Positions 62,801 through 64,000 of a stretch of 64,000 nucleotides of DNA are shown here, piece after piece. Positions within the stretch are counted from its first letter, which is position 1, and the number at the start of each line of letters is the position of its first letter. The notes beneath the pieces were generated by a model that was not told the DNA's origin, did not search any database, and saw nothing but the letters and a program-made list of their open reading frames with translations. Location of the stretch: contig OZ116712.1 of the NCBI GenBank assembly GCA_964199315.1, positions 18,352,001 through 18,416,000 of the forward strand, written 5' to 3'. The stretch is from Orbicella franksi. Taxonomy: Eukaryota. The position numbers were made by a program, and so were the translations under genes.

Positions 62801-64000
62801 CCATGCAGCGTGACGTGTGGAGGAGGACAGTGGACACGCACTCGCACATGCTCTAATCCAGCGCCAAAATGGAACGGAAATGATTGCCCTGGGACAAATA
62901 TCTCCACAGAGAACTGCAGTTTGCGCAAATGTAAAGGTAGATGCCTCTTTTGAAAGATTTTTCCAAAAATGATCCCGGCTTGTTAGTTAAGTAAAGTAAA
63001 GTAAAGTGAAGTAAAATCCTTTATTTAAAACACGAATATCGTTGTTGTTTTGAAGCTCGGTGCGTTCCTTGCTTAATCTTTTCATTTCAGAGCTGAAATA
63101 GTTTTTGATTTTCAGAATGTTTAATCATTTGTACCGATATGGTCATGAACCTTAGGCCCCCATTCTTGCAAGATGACAAAATGTAATACTGCGGCAAAGG
63201 GGTAAACGAGCGGCACTTAACTTCGCAAGATAAATGGGACTCTATATACAACCTTGTTAAATATTTTTGTTAGTCCAAGGGAAATAGAGCTTGTTTTTAA
63301 CGGTCGAGACTTGCGAGCCTCTCGTGAAATGCCCAGCAAGAACCACCAGCCATGCAGGTTAGCCTGACTTCTCTAATTATTGATGATCTGGTCTTTTCTA
63401 CACAGATACGTCGGGGCTTCATCCGTATGAACCAGTCGGTTGTTTCAAAGACAATTATCCACGCGCTCTACCATTATTAGTCCAAGAGTACTCTGTAAAC
63501 GAGACAGATTTGGCCAATTCATTCGCCAGCATAATTCACGCGTGTGCTACTGAAGTCTTTGAGATTGGATTCTGGTATTTTGGCGTGGAATATCGCCACG
63601 AGTGCTGAACTGGAGTGAACGGCGACATGACTTACCACAGACACGGACAATCCGACCGTTGTTTATGGAATTATAGCGTGGGAGATACATGGACCATATT
63701 TGTTTACCGCTTTGTTGAAGGTTAGTTATCAGTCGATCACTTCACACTTCACAAATATTTTTCTAACTAATATTATGTAAAATGATTAGCATTTGGGTCC
63801 CAAACCAGCTGATCTAAATATATTTCTTTCCGTTAGTTCTAAAAATTTGTAAACTGGTATTAAGCACCAGCCTTGATGGGGCTCTTGTCTTCACCAGTTC
63901 ATTGGATTGGAATACTAAATAAAAACTATAAACCTTTTTTTAAGTCTTTTTATACAGAAACGCCGTCTTAAAACACCGTTTACAAAGCATAGGCCGAGCA
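59813..64000 (+). pseudogene. RTK paralog B2, 5' part, with a nonsense codon in the second WSC-like exon (gene continues past the window)
   Basis: Exons 59813-59954, 61350-61667, 62253-62423, 62511-62681, 62766-62936, 63406-63720. TGA at 63606-63608 replaces the Trp of ECWSG. Confidence 0.85.
62985..63044 (-). mobile_element. Very short retroelement tail insertion, (TTTAC)n on the minus strand
   Basis: About 60 bp absent from the B1 intron (about 25475), flanked by TTGTT on both sides. Confidence 0.5.

Larger units (their letters stand above)
50058..64000 (+). repeat. Second copy of the duplicated unit (paralogous to 3411 to about 26420)
   Basis: Colinear match in exons, introns and old TE fossils. 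The offset falls from about 46.6 kb to 42.7 kb to 37.5 kb as unit-1-specific insertions are crossed. Confidence 0.93.

Overview
Eukaryotic genomic DNA, intron-rich and dense in transposable elements (TEs). The repeat families and domain content suggest an anthozoan or stony coral, which is an inference. The window holds a tandem array of four paralogous receptor tyrosine kinase (RTK) genes arranged as two head-to-head pairs: A1 (minus, ATG 6490) with B1 (plus, ATG 17096), then A2 (minus, ATG 53128) with B2 (plus, ATG 59813). Manual exon stitching on GT-AG boundaries gives signal peptide, WSC-like and thrombospondin type-1 (TSP1) modules, a TM helix and a split RET/FGFR-like kinase. B1 is an intact 932-aa kinase with architecture W-T-T-T-W-T. 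A2 is an intact 791-aa ORF with architecture W-T-W-T, but its kinase has lost the alphaC glutamate (E to K), 8 residues of the activation loop and the C-tail YxxM tyrosine, so it is probably a pseudokinase. A1 is interrupted inside a TSP1 exon by a Ty1/copia element with an open pol ORF (window start to 3410). B2 carries a TGG-to-TGA nonsense codon. The array looks like a fast-evolving paired kinase/pseudokinase receptor locus undergoing birth and death. Introns and spacers hold many TEs: TTAA-flanked Kolobok-like elements (one with about 1-kb TIRs), a Penelope-like remnant with degenerate hammerhead motifs, L1/Tx1, RTE and CR1/L2 fragments, a tRNA-SINE and several MITEs.
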